Shown here: one piece after another, positions 9,099-19,973 of the stretch
Layout: each line of letters starts with the position of its first letter
Numbering within the stretch: position 1 is the stretch's first letter
Assembly (NCBI GenBank): GCA_043767805.1
Contig: JAYUGC010000195.1
Location: 1-45,568 of the forward strand
DNA from: Pseudomonadota bacterium
GTDB taxonomy: Bacteria > Bdellovibrionota > FAC87 > UBA2466
DNA length: 45,568 bases
Direction of reading: 5' to 3'
Position numbers and translations under genes: made by a program
The notes under the pieces: model-generated
Seen by the model: the letters and a program-made list of their open reading frames with translations, nothing else
Told to the model about the DNA's origin: nothing
Database searches by the model: none

Positions 9099-9719
9099 AT
9101 GACTCTCGCAGAATCTTACTCCTCACATCTAACCGCGGTCAAAGTTAGAGTCCGGCTCGCGTTTTTAGCCGCCGCCGTGGTGTGTCTCGTTTCGCCGACC
9201 GCCGGTGCCGCGCCCTTGCGCGGCCGCGAAGTGATGCTGCCCATGACCTGCGCGGAGCTGCTTCCCGAGGTCGATCCCTTCACCTTTTTCTTCGAAGCCG
9301 TCGCTCGCGGCGCGGTGACGTCTCACGCGCGGCTTTCGAAACGCATGTTCCGCGTACTCTCGCTTCGCGAGAAACTTTCCGAGCAGGGCAAGCGCCACAA
9401 GGAAGACAATCCCATCGATAGCCTGCTTCGAAAGACGCTCTGCTTTTACCGCGAGAGCAAAGATCCGGTGCGCGCCATTCCCTTCGACGATCCGACCTTT
9501 CTGAAGTTCATGGAAACGTCCATCGATGAAGTGGAGAACAAGGCGGAAGACTCCGTGTATCAGTCCGAACTGAGCCGCCTTCAAAAGGAAGAGTACGAAA
9601 AGCGCCTCGAGCGCAACCAGGAGCTCATCGAACAACTTCGTGCCGAAGCCGATCGCTCGGCGCAGCGCTCCTATGACGATTTGTCCAAGAAAGCCCGTCG
9701 TAAAGTGCAGTCGCCCTGA
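9099..9719 (+). CDS. Hypothetical exported protein with C-terminal coiled coil
   Basis: Hydrophobic segment LAFLAAAVVCLVSPTAGA; charged helical C-terminus; 9 nt before suhB. Confidence 0.65.
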   Translation: MTLAESYSSHLTAVKVRVRLAFLAAAVVCLVSPTAGAAPLRGREVMLPMTCAELLPEVDPFTFFFEAVARGAVTSHARLSKRMFRVLSLREKLSEQGKRHKEDNPIDSLLRKTLCFYRESKDPVRAIPFDDPTFLKFMETSIDEVENKAEDSVYQSELSRLQKEEYEKRLERNQELIEQLRAEADRSAQRSYDDLSKKARRKVQSP

Positions 9720-9728
9720 GGTAATTCC

Positions 9729-10514
9729 ATGGCCCAATCCCACACGAAGTTTTTAGACACCCTGGCCGACGGGGCGGGGGCGGTCTTACGCAAATATTTC
9801 AATAAGGTGCGTCGCATCGAGACCAAGCTCAATGCAGGCATAGTCACCGAGGCCGATAAGGCCTCAGAGGCGTACCTTTTGAAAAAGATCTTCAGGAATT
9901 ACCCCAATAGTTCGATCATTACAGAAGAGAGCGGCGAGTTTCGCCGCAACGATTCCTTATGCTGGATCCTCGATCCCTTAGACGGCACCACGAACTACGC
10001 CCATGGGTTCCCATATTTTTGCGTTTCCATAGGGTTGTTCGAGGACGGCAAGCCTTTAGCGGGAGTGGTCTTCAATCCGATCAGCGGAGAGAAGTACACG
10101 GCCGAAAAAGGTAAAGGAGCGCGGCTGAACGGGAAGCCCATTCGCGTATCGAAAGTGCGCGATTTGGACTACTCGCTTCTCGCCACGGGTTTTTATTATT
10201 CGAAGGACGAACAGCTCCGCGAGGAGATGGAGTACTTTCGAAAAATGAACCAGGTGGCGTTAGGAGTGAGACGGCCCGGAGCGGCGGCGCTCGACTTAGC
10301 CATGACGGCGGCCGGGCGTTTCGATGGATTTTGGGAAAGAGGATTATCGCCTTGGGACCTTGCGGCCGGCTGGCTCATCGTTCAAGAGGCGGGCGGAACC
10401 CTTACCGATTACCGCGGTAAAGCGACCGACATCTTCGGGCCTGAAATTCTGGTGTCTAACGGCATCTTGCACAAGCGGTTGGTAAACGTCCTAACGGGAA
10501 AGCGTCGAGCCTGA
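9729..10514 (+). CDS. suhB: Inositol monophosphatase
   Basis: VTEAD, EE, WILDPLDGTTNYAHG, RRPGAAALDL, PWDLAAG motifs. Confidence 0.93.
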   Translation: MAQSHTKFLDTLADGAGAVLRKYFNKVRRIETKLNAGIVTEADKASEAYLLKKIFRNYPNSSIITEESGEFRRNDSLCWILDPLDGTTNYAHGFPYFCVSIGLFEDGKPLAGVVFNPISGEKYTAEKGKGARLNGKPIRVSKVRDLDYSLLATGFYYSKDEQLREEMEYFRKMNQVALGVRRPGAAALDLAMTAAGRFDGFWERGLSPWDLAAGWLIVQEAGGTLTDYRGKATDIFGPEILVSNGILHKRLVNVLTGKRRA

Positions 10515-10541
10515 CTTCAAGGGGCTCCACGCCGGGAGCCC

Positions 10542-11468
10542 ATGGCAAACAAAACGCCCCGAAGCTGGATCGTCTTACTGAACAAAGTGCCGCACGGCCC
10601 TTTGAGTGAGGCCCAGGTCCGCGCGCTCATCAACGAAGGACACCTCCGCCACAACGACATCGCTTACGAAGTACGCCCCAAGCCCGAGGGCGACGAGGTC
10701 AAGGTCAATTCGGAATGGAAGCTCCTCTGGCAGTTTCCCGAGTTCGATCGCAGAAACGAGCCCGACGTCAAAACGTCCTGGGCCGGCACGGCGACGCCTC
10801 CGAGCGCCGAAAAAGTTTTGGAAGAGCGCCGCAAAGAGGTCAATGAGACCGAAGTGAAAGCGCGCGCGCGGGGACACCTTCCGCCCGAAATGCTCGACAT
10901 CGCTCCCGAGGAGCTCGTCGTTCACTCGACCACCGCCGAGCCGCTGTTTCTCGCGGCGCAAGCCGAAGAGCGGATCAAAGCTTCGTTCGAGGTGAATCTT
11001 CCTTCCGCCAAAGTGCTTTGGGCTTTGGGCGGCATGCTTCTCCTCCTGGTCACCGTGGGGCTTTACCGCTCCAAAGGAAAGGCCGGCTCCTTCCAAGCGT
11101 CGAGAGATACTGCGCCTCCACCAGCCAGAGACACGGGCTCTTCCTCCCGCGCGATACCCGCGGCCCGCGCGCCGTCACGCGCTCCTAGCCGCCTGATGGG
11201 AGCCGCCATTCCTCGGCCGGTGAGCCCGCGCGCTCCCGAAGCCAGAGTTCCCGCCAACACCGACATCGAAGAGCGTGAGCGCGATCGCGGCGAAGTGGAT
11301 CGCCCCTCCGACGAAGAGACTTACGAAGACGAGAACGGCGAAGAAGTCCGCGCCCGGCCTCGCGCCAAGATTCGCCCGCCCTCGGGTAATCGCCGTTCGC
11401 GGGTTTTGAGCGACGAAGCGGAAGAGGGCGACGACAACGGAGACAGCCCTCCGCCCGACGAAGAATAG
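10542..11468 (+). CDS. GYF_2/DUF4339-like domain membrane protein
   Basis: N-terminal W....GPLS...V..LI..G.L pattern; single TM (LWALGGMLLLLVTVGLY); low-complexity Pro/Arg then acidic tail. Confidence 0.7.
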   Translation: MANKTPRSWIVLLNKVPHGPLSEAQVRALINEGHLRHNDIAYEVRPKPEGDEVKVNSEWKLLWQFPEFDRRNEPDVKTSWAGTATPPSAEKVLEERRKEVNETEVKARARGHLPPEMLDIAPEELVVHSTTAEPLFLAAQAEERIKASFEVNLPSAKVLWALGGMLLLLVTVGLYRSKGKAGSFQASRDTAPPPARDTGSSSRAIPAARAPSRAPSRLMGAAIPRPVSPRAPEARVPANTDIEERERDRGEVDRPSDEETYEDENGEEVRARPRAKIRPPSGNRRSRVLSDEAEEGDDNGDSPPPDEE

Positions 11469-11507
11469 GCTTGTGAAAGCCGCCGTCCTCTCGGTAGGCT
11501 CGGCGCT

Positions 11508-12830
11508 GTGAATCCCCAGACGCTTTCTCCTGTCGCTCGCGCCGTCCGTCTCAGGCTCAAAACCTGGTACGGCTCTCGCTATTGCCACAAGAAATGGGCG
11601 ATCGCCGTTTCAGGCGGACTCGATTCCATGGCGCTGTTAAAGGCGGTCTCGGAGCTCGTGGCGTCCGAGCGGATCAGTGTCTTGCATTTCAATCACGGGG
11701 CGCGCGGCGAGGCTTCGGTCGGCGATGAGGCGTTCGTTCGCGAAACGAGCGAGGCCGCGGGCTTTGCTTTTTTCTCGGCGGGAAGCGATGGGCGAGGGCG
11801 CTCGGAAGAATGGCTCAGAAACGAGCGGCGGGGGTTTCTTCTTTCCGCCTCGAAGGCCTGGGGCGGGGAAGCCGTTTTGACGGCGCACCACGGGTCGGAT
11901 CAGTTTGAAACGTTTTTGATGCGCGTCCTGCGCGGAACCGGTCTCGACGGACTGGGCGCCATCCGCGCCCATCACGGCGGCTTCGCGCGGCCGCTGCTTG
12001 GGATTTCGCGGACCGAGTTAGAGAGTTTCGTCAAAGCCGCCGGGATTTCCTTCCGCTACGACGAGACGAACGGCACCGATCGTTTTTTGAGAAACCGCGT
12101 GCGACAGACTTTGGTGCCGGCCTTCACCGAGCTTGCCGGAGAGTACGGTGGGGAAGCCGCGTTTCTCTCCCGCCTCGGTGAAACTCTCGAAGAAGTGCAA
12201 GCCGCCGCGAACTGGCTCTCCGCCGAGACCGATCGCCTATTTGAATCGTTCACGGTGAGTACGCCTTACTGGCTACGGCTTTCGCGCGAAGATCTCCTGG
12301 GACTCGCGTCCCTTTGGCCGTCGCGGCTCGTCGGTAGAATCGCGGCGGAGTTGGGCGCGCCGAGCGCGACGCGCTCGCAACGAGAACGGGTGCTTGCCGC
12401 GGTGCAAGCCGGGCAGGGAAAGTTCGAGCTTTGCGGCGGCGTGCACGGCGAAGTGTCTTGCGGGCAAGTCTTCTTCCACCGTCCGGGAGTAATCGTGCCC
12501 TCGCCAAGTCTCGTCCGCCGCGGGAGCCGCCTGGAGTGCGCTCCCTTGGGCTGGAAGGCTCATGGCGACACGGCTTGGTTATCGAGCCATGACGTGCGCT
12601 TCTTTCAGCCGGGCGATCGCTACGAGGGCCGTAAGCTAAAAGAATGGTATCTGGAACGGCGCGTCCCGGCGCCGGAGCGCGCGCTCGTTCCGCTCGTCGC
12701 CAAACCAAACGACGCCGAAGTTTTGTGGGTTTTTCCCGAGGCGCGGAGCGGACTCGTTTCTGACGCAATGGCTTTCCCTTTTTCCTTTCTTTCGCCGCGC
12801 CGCAATTCTCCCGTAGTCACGGCTCCTTAG
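11508..12830 (+). CDS. tilS: tRNA(Ile)-lysidine synthetase
   Basis: AVSGGLDS PP-loop, HFNHG, TAHH..DQ.ET, RNRVR; directly upstream of ftsH. Confidence 0.93.
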   Translation: MNPQTLSPVARAVRLRLKTWYGSRYCHKKWAIAVSGGLDSMALLKAVSELVASERISVLHFNHGARGEASVGDEAFVRETSEAAGFAFFSAGSDGRGRSEEWLRNERRGFLLSASKAWGGEAVLTAHHGSDQFETFLMRVLRGTGLDGLGAIRAHHGGFARPLLGISRTELESFVKAAGISFRYDETNGTDRFLRNRVRQTLVPAFTELAGEYGGEAAFLSRLGETLEEVQAAANWLSAETDRLFESFTVSTPYWLRLSREDLLGLASLWPSRLVGRIAAELGAPSATRSQRERVLAAVQAGQGKFELCGGVHGEVSCGQVFFHRPGVIVPSPSLVRRGSRLECAPLGWKAHGDTAWLSSHDVRFFQPGDRYEGRKLKEWYLERRVPAPERALVPLVAKPNDAEVLWVFPEARSGLVSDAMAFPFSFLSPRRNSPVVTAP

Positions 12831-12901
12831 GAATTGGCCCGAAGGCCACTTAAGCTTTCCAGCCAGGCTCCCGAAGCGAACCATAGGGAGACCCGTCACA
12901 A

Positions 12902-14824
12902 ATGAAATCATCTCAAAAGGTTTTGGTAGCTTGGATCCTACTCGTCGTAGCCACGGTCATGTTGTTTCAAACGGCTCGCGTTGCGAAGCCCGAGAAGCGG
13001 ATGACCTACAAAAAATTCATCGAGCACGTTCAGGCGAAGCAAATCGAGAGCGTGACCTTCAAGGGCCATGGCCGCATTGAAGGCAAGTTCGTATCGGGCG
13101 TCGAAGGCGGAGACGTCTTCAGCACCACGGGCGACACCTCGAGCGAGTTCTACACGAAGCTTCTGAACGAGAACGGTCTCGTTCCGAACTACGAAGTCGA
13201 CGAAGGAAACTCCCTCTGGGTGCAGTTCCTTATCGGCTGGGGCCCCATGTTCATCTTCGTGGTTCTCCTTTTCTTCGTCATGAAGCAGGTGCAGGCGAGC
13301 GGCGGCAAGGCGATGCAGTTCGGCCGGTCTCGCGCGAAGCTTCTCACCGAAGGCCACACCAAAGTGACCTTCGTGGACGTCGCCGGCTGCGACGAAGCGA
13401 AGCAAGAGCTCGCGGAAATCGTCGAGTTCTTGAGAGAGCCCAAAAAGTTTACCCGCCTTGGCGGCAAGATTCCAAAGGGCGTTCTTCTGGTCGGGCCTCC
13501 CGGCACCGGAAAAACGCTTCTCGCAAAGGCAATTGCCGGCGAAGCGATGGTTCCGTTCTTCTCTATCTCAGGTTCTGATTTCGTAGAGATGTTCGTCGGC
13601 GTCGGCGCGAGCCGCGTGCGCGACCTCTTCGAGCAGGGCAGAAAACACGCGCCGTGCATCATCTTCATCGACGAAATCGATGCGGTGGGCCGTCAGCGTG
13701 GCGCCGGTCTCGGTGGTGGCCACGACGAACGTGAGCAGACCTTAAACCAGCTCCTGGTCGAGATGGACGGATTTGATTCCAAAGAGGGCGTGATTTTGGT
13801 GGCCGCGACCAACCGGCCTGACGTCCTCGACCCAGCTCTGTTGCGCCCGGGCCGCTTCGACCGCAACGTGGTCGTGAGCGCTCCCGACGTGCGGGGCCGT
13901 GAAGGCATCCTCAAAGTCCATACCCGCAAGACGCCTCTCGCGAAGAACGTGAACATCTCGGTCATCGCGCGCGGCACGCCTGGTTTCTCGGGCGCCGATC
14001 TCGCCAACCTCGTCAACGAAGCGGCTTTGATCGCGGCTCGCAAGAACCGCGACGAGCTTTCCATGGCGGAGTTCGAATCGGCGAAGGACAAGGTCATGAT
14101 GGGCACCGAGCGCCGCTCGATGATCATCGGGCCCGAGGAGCGCAAAGCCATCGCGTACCACGAAGCGGGTCACGCCATCGTCGGCAAATCGCTCCCGCAT
14201 ATCGATCCGGTTCATAAGGTCACGATCATCCCGCGCGGGCGTGCTTTAGGTCTTACCCAGACGCTGCCCAGTGAAGATCAGCTGACGCTTTCCAAAGCGA
14301 AGGCCGAGAACATGATCGCGTTCCTCATGGGCGGTTACATCGCCGAAGACCTCATCCTCGGTCAAAAGACCACGGGTGCGGGCGACGACATCGACAAAGC
14401 CACCAATCTCGCGCGCCGCATGGTGTGTGAGTGGGGCATGAGCGATGCGATCGGCCCGGTCTGCGTCGCGAAAAAGGAAGGCTCCGTCTTCCTCGGCCGC
14501 GAAATGACTCAGACCCGGGACGTGAGCCCGAAGCTCGCCGAGACGATCGATAACGAAATCCGCGGCGTCATCACCGACAACTACGAGCGCGGCGTCGAGA
14601 TCCTAAAAGCCAAGAAAGAAATCCTCCACAAGATGGCCGACGCGCTCCTCGAGCGTGAGACCCTCAATATGGAAGAGATCGAGATGCTCATGCAGGGACA
14701 AGAGCTCCCGGCGTTCGCGCCCTTGGAAACTCCGACGGCGGCGGCTCAGACCTACAGCCGCGACCGAGATCTCAAAAATACCGGAGCCGGATTATTCCCG
14801 CTCGCTCCCGGCAAAGCCAGCTAA
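12902..14824 (+). CDS. ftsH: ATP-dependent zinc metalloprotease FtsH
   Basis: Two TMs, [18 protein letters not shown] ([12 protein letters not shown]), HEAGH. Confidence 0.98.
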   Translation: MKSSQKVLVAWILLVVATVMLFQTARVAKPEKRMTYKKFIEHVQAKQIESVTFKGHGRIEGKFVSGVEGGDVFSTTGDTSSEFYTKLLNENGLVPNYEVDEGNSLWVQFLIGWGPMFIFVVLLFFVMKQVQASGGKAMQFGRSRAKLLTEGHTKVTFVDVAGCDEAKQELAEIVEFLREPKKFTRLGGKIPKGVLLVGPPGTGKTLLAKAIAGEAMVPFFSISGSDFVEMFVGVGASRVRDLFEQGRKHAPCIIFIDEIDAVGRQRGAGLGGGHDEREQTLNQLLVEMDGFDSKEGVILVAATNRPDVLDPALLRPGRFDRNVVVSAPDVRGREGILKVHTRKTPLAKNVNISVIARGTPGFSGADLANLVNEAALIAARKNRDELSMAEFESAKDKVMMGTERRSMIIGPEERKAIAYHEAGHAIVGKSLPHIDPVHKVTIIPRGRALGLTQTLPSEDQLTLSKAKAENMIAFLMGGYIAEDLILGQKTTGAGDDIDKATNLARRMVCEWGMSDAIGPVCVAKKEGSVFLGREMTQTRDVSPKLAETIDNEIRGVITDNYERGVEILKAKKEILHKMADALLERETLNMEEIEMLMQGQELPAFAPLETPTAAAQTYSRDRDLKNTGAGLFPLAPGKAS

Positions 14825-14837
14825 ACGCTTATTCAAA

Positions 14838-14884
14838 GTAGAACGGCTGTAGGGGCGAAAGCTTCTGCGGCCGTTCTGCGTTTT
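14838..14884 (+). terminator. Terminator after ftsH
   Basis: GTAGAACGGCTGTAGGGGC-GAAA-GCTTCTGCGGCCGTTCTGC long stem with G-U pairs, followed by GTTTT. Confidence 0.8.
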
Positions 14885-14972
14885 AGGACCCGCGCTATCG
14901 CCCGCTCTTATGCCGACCGCGTCATCAGCTGAGGGCGATTAAGAAGAATTGCCCCCATCTTGCTAATTTCCC

Positions 14973-15000
14973 TCAATTTTTTAGCCAAAAATGTCGAAAG
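14973..15000 (+). promoter_or_regulatory. Sigma28-like promoter candidate upstream of cdaA
   Basis: TCAAT-N15-GTCGAAAG; same 15-nt spacing as the stronger copies, but a degenerate -10. Confidence 0.35.
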
Positions 15001-15056
15001 GGAGATAAGGTAAGTGGGCGTAATTACGCGCGCACGGGGAAGCTAACTCCGGACCC

Positions 15057-15911
15057 ATGCTCGATTTTCTTCAAAACGTACGCGAGATCCTTCGCTGGCA
15101 GGACTTAGTCGATATCCTGCTCGGGTGCGTGATCGTGTATCGCGTGCTCCTCCTCATTCGCGGCACACGCGCGGTGCAGATGCTGACCGGCTTCGGCATC
15201 ATTCTGATTTTTTACTATCTCTCCGAGCGTCTGCGCTTTCACACGCTGCACACGATCTTGGTCGAGTTCTTCAACAACCTGATCTTGATCCTCATCATCG
15301 TGTTCCAGGACGAGATCCGAAAAGCGCTGACCCAAGTTGGCCGTAATCCTTTCTTCACCTCGACCAACACCATCGAAGAGGTCGCCATCATCGAGGAGAT
15401 TTGTCAGGCGGCGGCCGTCCTCGCGAGCCAGCGTGTCGGCGCGCTCATCGTGCTCGAACGCGAAACGGGACTCAAAAATTACATCGAGGGCGGAACGCTC
15501 ATTGATTCCAAAGTAACCACGGATTTAATTACGAGCGTCTTTCACCCGACGTCGCCCATTCATGACGGCGCGCTCATCATCCGCAACTCGCGCATTGCTT
15601 CGGCCGGTTGCCTGCTTCCCATCTCCCGTGACCCCACGGTGAACAAGCAGCTCGGCACGCGTCACCGCGCGGCCTTGGGCCTGACCCATGAGACGGACGC
15701 GGTGGTCATCGTCGTTTCCGAAGAGCGCGGGCAGATCTCTCTCGTGCACCACGGAATTCTTTTGCAGGACCTCGACGTGAACGGGCTGAGACAGCAGCTC
15801 CTCGAGCTTTTGGGTTTGAAAAAATACGAAGCGAAAGCGCCGGAGCCCGCTCGGGCCGAACGGCGTAGCAAAGGTAAGAAGTCATCCAGTGAAGATTCCG
15901 AGACTAAATAA
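15057..15911 (+). CDS. cdaA: Diadenylate cyclase (c-di-AMP synthase)
   Basis: Three N-terminal TMs, FQDEIR, GALIVLER, HDGA, GTRHRAALG, VSEERG. Confidence 0.95.
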   Translation: MLDFLQNVREILRWQDLVDILLGCVIVYRVLLLIRGTRAVQMLTGFGIILIFYYLSERLRFHTLHTILVEFFNNLILILIIVFQDEIRKALTQVGRNPFFTSTNTIEEVAIIEEICQAAAVLASQRVGALIVLERETGLKNYIEGGTLIDSKVTTDLITSVFHPTSPIHDGALIIRNSRIASAGCLLPISRDPTVNKQLGTRHRAALGLTHETDAVVIVVSEERGQISLVHHGILLQDLDVNGLRQQLLELLGLKKYEAKAPEPARAERRSKGKKSSSEDSETK

Positions 15912-16578
15912 TCACGGCAGCCTGACCTTCAGCGAAGGGCTAGCCCTGAAAGCGGTGAGCTTACTACTCGCGCTCATCTTGTGGATCACCATTCTGGGAT
16001 TCAAACAGGAAGAGCTGAAGCTCGAAGTGAAGCTCGAGCCCTTGCTCGCGCCCAGCATGATGATCACCAACCGAATTCCGTCCCACGTTCAGTTCACGTT
16101 TGCCGGCCCTCGCGTCTTGTTGAAAGACGTGGAGCGCAAGGTGCAGCCCATCCGCCCCGATCTCCGCCGCACGCCCGAGACCACCATCGGCTTTGCCATC
16201 AGCGAAGATCTCCTGGGCGACATTCTTCCGCGCGGCGTGCGCGTCGTCGGTTTCTTCCCGCCGAACATTCTCATCCGGCTGGAGGAGATCGTGGAGCGGT
16301 ACGTGGACGTGCGCCCCGCCATCGTGGGCAAAGTCGCGGCCGATCATGAAATTGCCGCCGTCAAAGCTTATCCTTCCAAGATAGCGGTCTCCGGTCCCAG
16401 AGGGCCGTTGCAAATGTTGTCGGCGGTAAGCACAGAGCCTTTCGATGTCGAAGGACTCACCGGCAGCAAGGAAGGCGTGGTCGGCGTCGAAGTCGATCCC
16501 ACGCAAGGGTTTCAGCTTTCCCGTGACAAGGTTGTCCGGGTCCGCGTAAACACAAGGCGCGTGCAGGGCCAGCCTTAG
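15889..16578 (+). CDS. cdaR: CdaR/YbbR-like regulator
   Basis: LKAVSLLLALILW TM followed by YbbR-like repeats (P..V...GP); between cdaA and glmM. Confidence 0.85.
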   Translation: MKIPRLNNHGSLTFSEGLALKAVSLLLALILWITILGFKQEELKLEVKLEPLLAPSMMITNRIPSHVQFTFAGPRVLLKDVERKVQPIRPDLRRTPETTIGFAISEDLLGDILPRGVRVVGFFPPNILIRLEEIVERYVDVRPAIVGKVAADHEIAAVKAYPSKIAVSGPRGPLQMLSAVSTEPFDVEGLTGSKEGVVGVEVDPTQGFQLSRDKVVRVRVNTRRVQGQP

Positions 16579-16610
16579 CCTTAGGCCCTAATCCCAAGTA
16601 AAAGGAATTT

Positions 16611-17975
16611 ATGGGTAAACTCTTCGGTACCGACGGCGTCAGAGGCATCGCGAACCAAGCTCCCATGACGAGCGAAACGGCCATGGCCATCGGCCGCGCC
16701 GCCGCTTACTTACTTTGCGAGCGCAACAAGCACGGCGTTCCGAAAAAGGCGAAAGTCGTCATCGGCAAAGACACGCGGCTCTCCGGTTACATGCTGGAAA
16801 ACGCGCTCTCCGCCGGCTTTTGTTCCATGGGCGCGAAAGTGTATCTCGTCGGCCCGCTTCCGACCCCGGGCATTGCTTTCATCACCCGCAGCATGCGCGC
16901 GGACGCGGGCGTCGTCATCTCGGCGAGCCACAACGCGTATCAGTACAATGGCATCAAAATTTTCGACCGTAACGGCTTCAAGCTTCCCGACACCATGGAA
17001 GCGAAAATCGAAGATCTCCTTCACTCGGACGAGCTGGAAAAAGTCCGCCCGACCATGGAGCAGATTGGTACCGCGACTCGCATCGACGACGCCATCGGCC
17101 GTTATATCGTCTATATCAAGAATACTTTTCCGGAAGACATGACCTTGGACGGCATCCGGGTCGTCCTGGATTGCGCGAACGGCGCCGCTTATAAAGTCGC
17201 TCCCATCGTTTTCCAGGAGCTCGGCGCCGAAGTTTTCGCCATCCACAACACGCCGAACGGCACGAACATCAACGAAGCGTGCGGCGCGGTTCATCCGCAG
17301 CTCATGTGCAACGCGGTTCACGAGCACCGCGCGGAAATCGGCATCGCCTTGGACGGAGACGCGGACCGCGTGATTCTCTCCGACGAAACGGGCGAAATGG
17401 TGGACGGCGATCAGATTCTCGCCATCTGCGCGCTCGACATGCTCAAAGAGGGGCTGCTTTACCAAAACACTCTCGTCACGACTCCCATGAGCAACATGGG
17501 TCTCGAAGTCGCCATCAAGGAAGCGGGCGGAAAAATTCTGACCGTTCCCGTCGGCGATCGCTACATCGTCGAGGCCATGCGCAAGGGTAAGTACAATCTC
17601 GGCGGCGAGCAGTCGGGCCACGTGATCTTTTTGAACCACAGCACCACCGGCGACGGCATGGTCGCCGCGCTCAAAGTTTTGGCTATCATGAAGAAGACGG
17701 GCAAAAAATTGTCCGAGCTGAAACATCAGATGACGCAGTTCCCGCAAGTTCTCGAAAACGTTTACGTCCGGCAGAAGGAAGATCTCACCAAGTTCCCCAA
17801 GATCATGGAAGCCATCAAGCACGCGGAAACGTCGCTTGCGGGCAAGGGAAGGGTGTTCGTGCGCTACTCGGGCACCGAGCCCCTCGCCCGCGTCATGGTC
17901 GAAGGCGAGGATCACAAGAAGATCCAGCAGTATGTCGACGAGATCTGCCACTCGATCCGGGCTCAACTAGGGTGA
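16611..17975 (+). CDS. glmM: Phosphoglucosamine mutase
   Basis: [44 protein letters not shown]. Confidence 0.97.
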   Translation: MGKLFGTDGVRGIANQAPMTSETAMAIGRAAAYLLCERNKHGVPKKAKVVIGKDTRLSGYMLENALSAGFCSMGAKVYLVGPLPTPGIAFITRSMRADAGVVISASHNAYQYNGIKIFDRNGFKLPDTMEAKIEDLLHSDELEKVRPTMEQIGTATRIDDAIGRYIVYIKNTFPEDMTLDGIRVVLDCANGAAYKVAPIVFQELGAEVFAIHNTPNGTNINEACGAVHPQLMCNAVHEHRAEIGIALDGDADRVILSDETGEMVDGDQILAICALDMLKEGLLYQNTLVTTPMSNMGLEVAIKEAGGKILTVPVGDRYIVEAMRKGKYNLGGEQSGHVIFLNHSTTGDGMVAALKVLAIMKKTGKKLSELKHQMTQFPQVLENVYVRQKEDLTKFPKIMEAIKHAETSLAGKGRVFVRYSGTEPLARVMVEGEDHKKIQQYVDEICHSIRAQLG

Positions 17976-17981
17976 TCCCTC

Positions 17982-19502
17982 ATGCAGCCGCTACTTTCCG
18001 CCGCAGAAATGCGGGAAGCCGATCGGTTCGCCATTGAAGAGATAGGTCTGCCCGACGTGATCCTGATGGAGCACGCGGCCATGGCCGTGGTTCGCCGTCT
18101 GAAGAGCCGCTTTCGCTCGCTCCTCAACTCGTCCACGGGACTCATCGTGGCCGGGACCGGAAATAACGGTGGCGATGCCATGGCGGCCGCGCGCATTCTT
18201 TTTCAGCAAGGGTGCCGTCAAATCAAAGTCGTGCTCGTGGGCGACGAGACCAAGCTCGGTCCGACGGCGCTTCTGCAATACCGGGCTCTCGCCAAGCTCG
18301 GCGTATCGACGACGGTGACCCTCGACAAGGCGGATCTGGAAGCTTGTGATTGGATTGTCGACGGCATCTTCGGCACGGGGCTTGCCCGGCCCGTCACAGG
18401 TGAACCGCTTGCGGCCATCGAGGCCATCAACCGGGTCGCCGCGCGCAAATGGGTCGTCTCCATCGACATCCCGAGCGGGCTTTCGTCGGATACCGGTTCT
18501 CCGCTCGGGACCGCGGTACATGCTTGTGAGACCGTCGCTCTCGGGTATTACAAACGCGGGCTCGTCACTGGGCTTGCCGCCGATTATGTCGGCAAACTGC
18601 ACCTTCGGTTCATTCAGATTCCGCGCGCGATCCCGGGCTTTCGGCCGACGGCTTTGTTGTACGGGAAAGAGGACGCGCGCCACCTGCCCGCGCGGCGAGA
18701 GTCCGGTCACAAGGGCGACTACGGCCATTCATACTTCTTCGTCGGTGAGACTGAGACTCAAGGGGCCGCACTGCTCGCGTGTCTCGCCGCGTTTCGTTCG
18801 GGAGCCGGCCTTGTGACTCTGGTGGGCCCGCGCGGAGAGCCCGTGGACTCGCGCAGCCGCATTCCGATCGAGATCATGACGGCCACCTGGGGACCCGAGC
18901 TGAAAGCCGAAATGAAAGGCGCGGCTCTAGGCATCGGCCCTGGCTTTGGGACGTCGGATGCGAAATGGACGATTTTGTCGGAAGCCTTGGAGACTCCCTG
19001 GCCCATCGTTCTGGACGCCGATGCGCTGGTGCTACTTGCGAACCGGCGCGAAGAAGCCTTGAAAATTTTAAAGCGCAGAAAAGCGGTTACCGTGCTGACC
19101 CCACACCCGAAAGAAGCGGGCCGCTTGCTAACTGCCACCACCGAGGCGGTTCAAGCCAATCGCTTCGAGGCCGCTCGCGCTCTAGAAAAAACTTGGGGGT
19201 GCTACGTGGTCTTGAAGGGCCGCGGCAGCATCGTGGCTTGTCCGGGCCGTCCCCTGGTCGTCGTAACCACGGGAGATCCCGGTCTTTCGAAGGGCGGCAC
19301 CGGGGATTTACTCACCGGAGTGCTGACTTCGTTACTCGCCCAAGGCCTCGAGCCCACGCGAGCTTTGCCTTTGGGAACCTATTTGCACGGACGGGCTTCC
19401 GAGCTTTTCACGCGCAAGGCCGGCCATACCCGTTCGGCGCTCGCTAGCGAAATTGCGCGCCAGCTGACGCGGGCCCTTGCGGAGCTTCATCCGCGAAGGT
19501 AA
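17982..19502 (+). CDS. nnr: Bifunctional NAD(P)H-hydrate epimerase/dehydratase
   Basis: LMEHA, GNNGGD, DGIFGTG, SIDIPSG (epimerase); HKGDYG, GPGFG, LDADAL, TPHPKE, GGTGD (dehydratase). Confidence 0.92.
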   Translation: MQPLLSAAEMREADRFAIEEIGLPDVILMEHAAMAVVRRLKSRFRSLLNSSTGLIVAGTGNNGGDAMAAARILFQQGCRQIKVVLVGDETKLGPTALLQYRALAKLGVSTTVTLDKADLEACDWIVDGIFGTGLARPVTGEPLAAIEAINRVAARKWVVSIDIPSGLSSDTGSPLGTAVHACETVALGYYKRGLVTGLAADYVGKLHLRFIQIPRAIPGFRPTALLYGKEDARHLPARRESGHKGDYGHSYFFVGETETQGAALLACLAAFRSGAGLVTLVGPRGEPVDSRSRIPIEIMTATWGPELKAEMKGAALGIGPGFGTSDAKWTILSEALETPWPIVLDADALVLLANRREEALKILKRRKAVTVLTPHPKEAGRLLTATTEAVQANRFEAARALEKTWGCYVVLKGRGSIVACPGRPLVVVTTGDPGLSKGGTGDLLTGVLTSLLAQGLEPTRALPLGTYLHGRASELFTRKAGHTRSALASEIARQLTRALAELHPRR

Positions 19503-19511
19503 GTCCTAAGC

Positions 19512-19973
19512 ATGTCCGCTGATACCGAAACCAAGATTCAAAGCCTCCCCGACCTAAGCCGGTTCGCGCAGGCGTTTATCGATACCCATCCAGAGGGCGT
19601 GGTCTTGGGGCTTTCGGGCGAACTGGGCGCCGGTAAAACGGCGTTTGTACGCGCCGTGGTACAGACGTTGAGCGAGAGGGCAGGGGCGGGGACACCTCGG
19701 GTGACGAGCCCCACGTACGTGCTCCACCAAAGTTATTCCGCATTGAAACCCGCGGTCGATCACTTCGATCTCTATCGGTTTGAGTCCGCGACGGAGACTT
19801 CGCTTTTGGAAATGGGTTATTTCGAGATCCTCGAAAATTGCCGGAACCGAAAAGGATTTCTCTTCGTCGAATGGCCCGAGCGGGCCGAGCCGCCGTCGCT
19901 ACTGGGACTCACCGAGACGCTACATCTATCCTTCTTCGAAGGCGGGCGCCTGGCGAAAGTCACTCGTCTCTAA
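19512..19973 (+). CDS. tsaE: t6A biosynthesis ATPase
   Basis: GELGAGKT, VTSPTY, HFDLYR, VEWPE. Confidence 0.92.
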   Translation: MSADTETKIQSLPDLSRFAQAFIDTHPEGVVLGLSGELGAGKTAFVRAVVQTLSERAGAGTPRVTSPTYVLHQSYSALKPAVDHFDLYRFESATETSLLEMGYFEILENCRNRKGFLFVEWPERAEPPSLLGLTETLHLSFFEGGRLAKVTRL

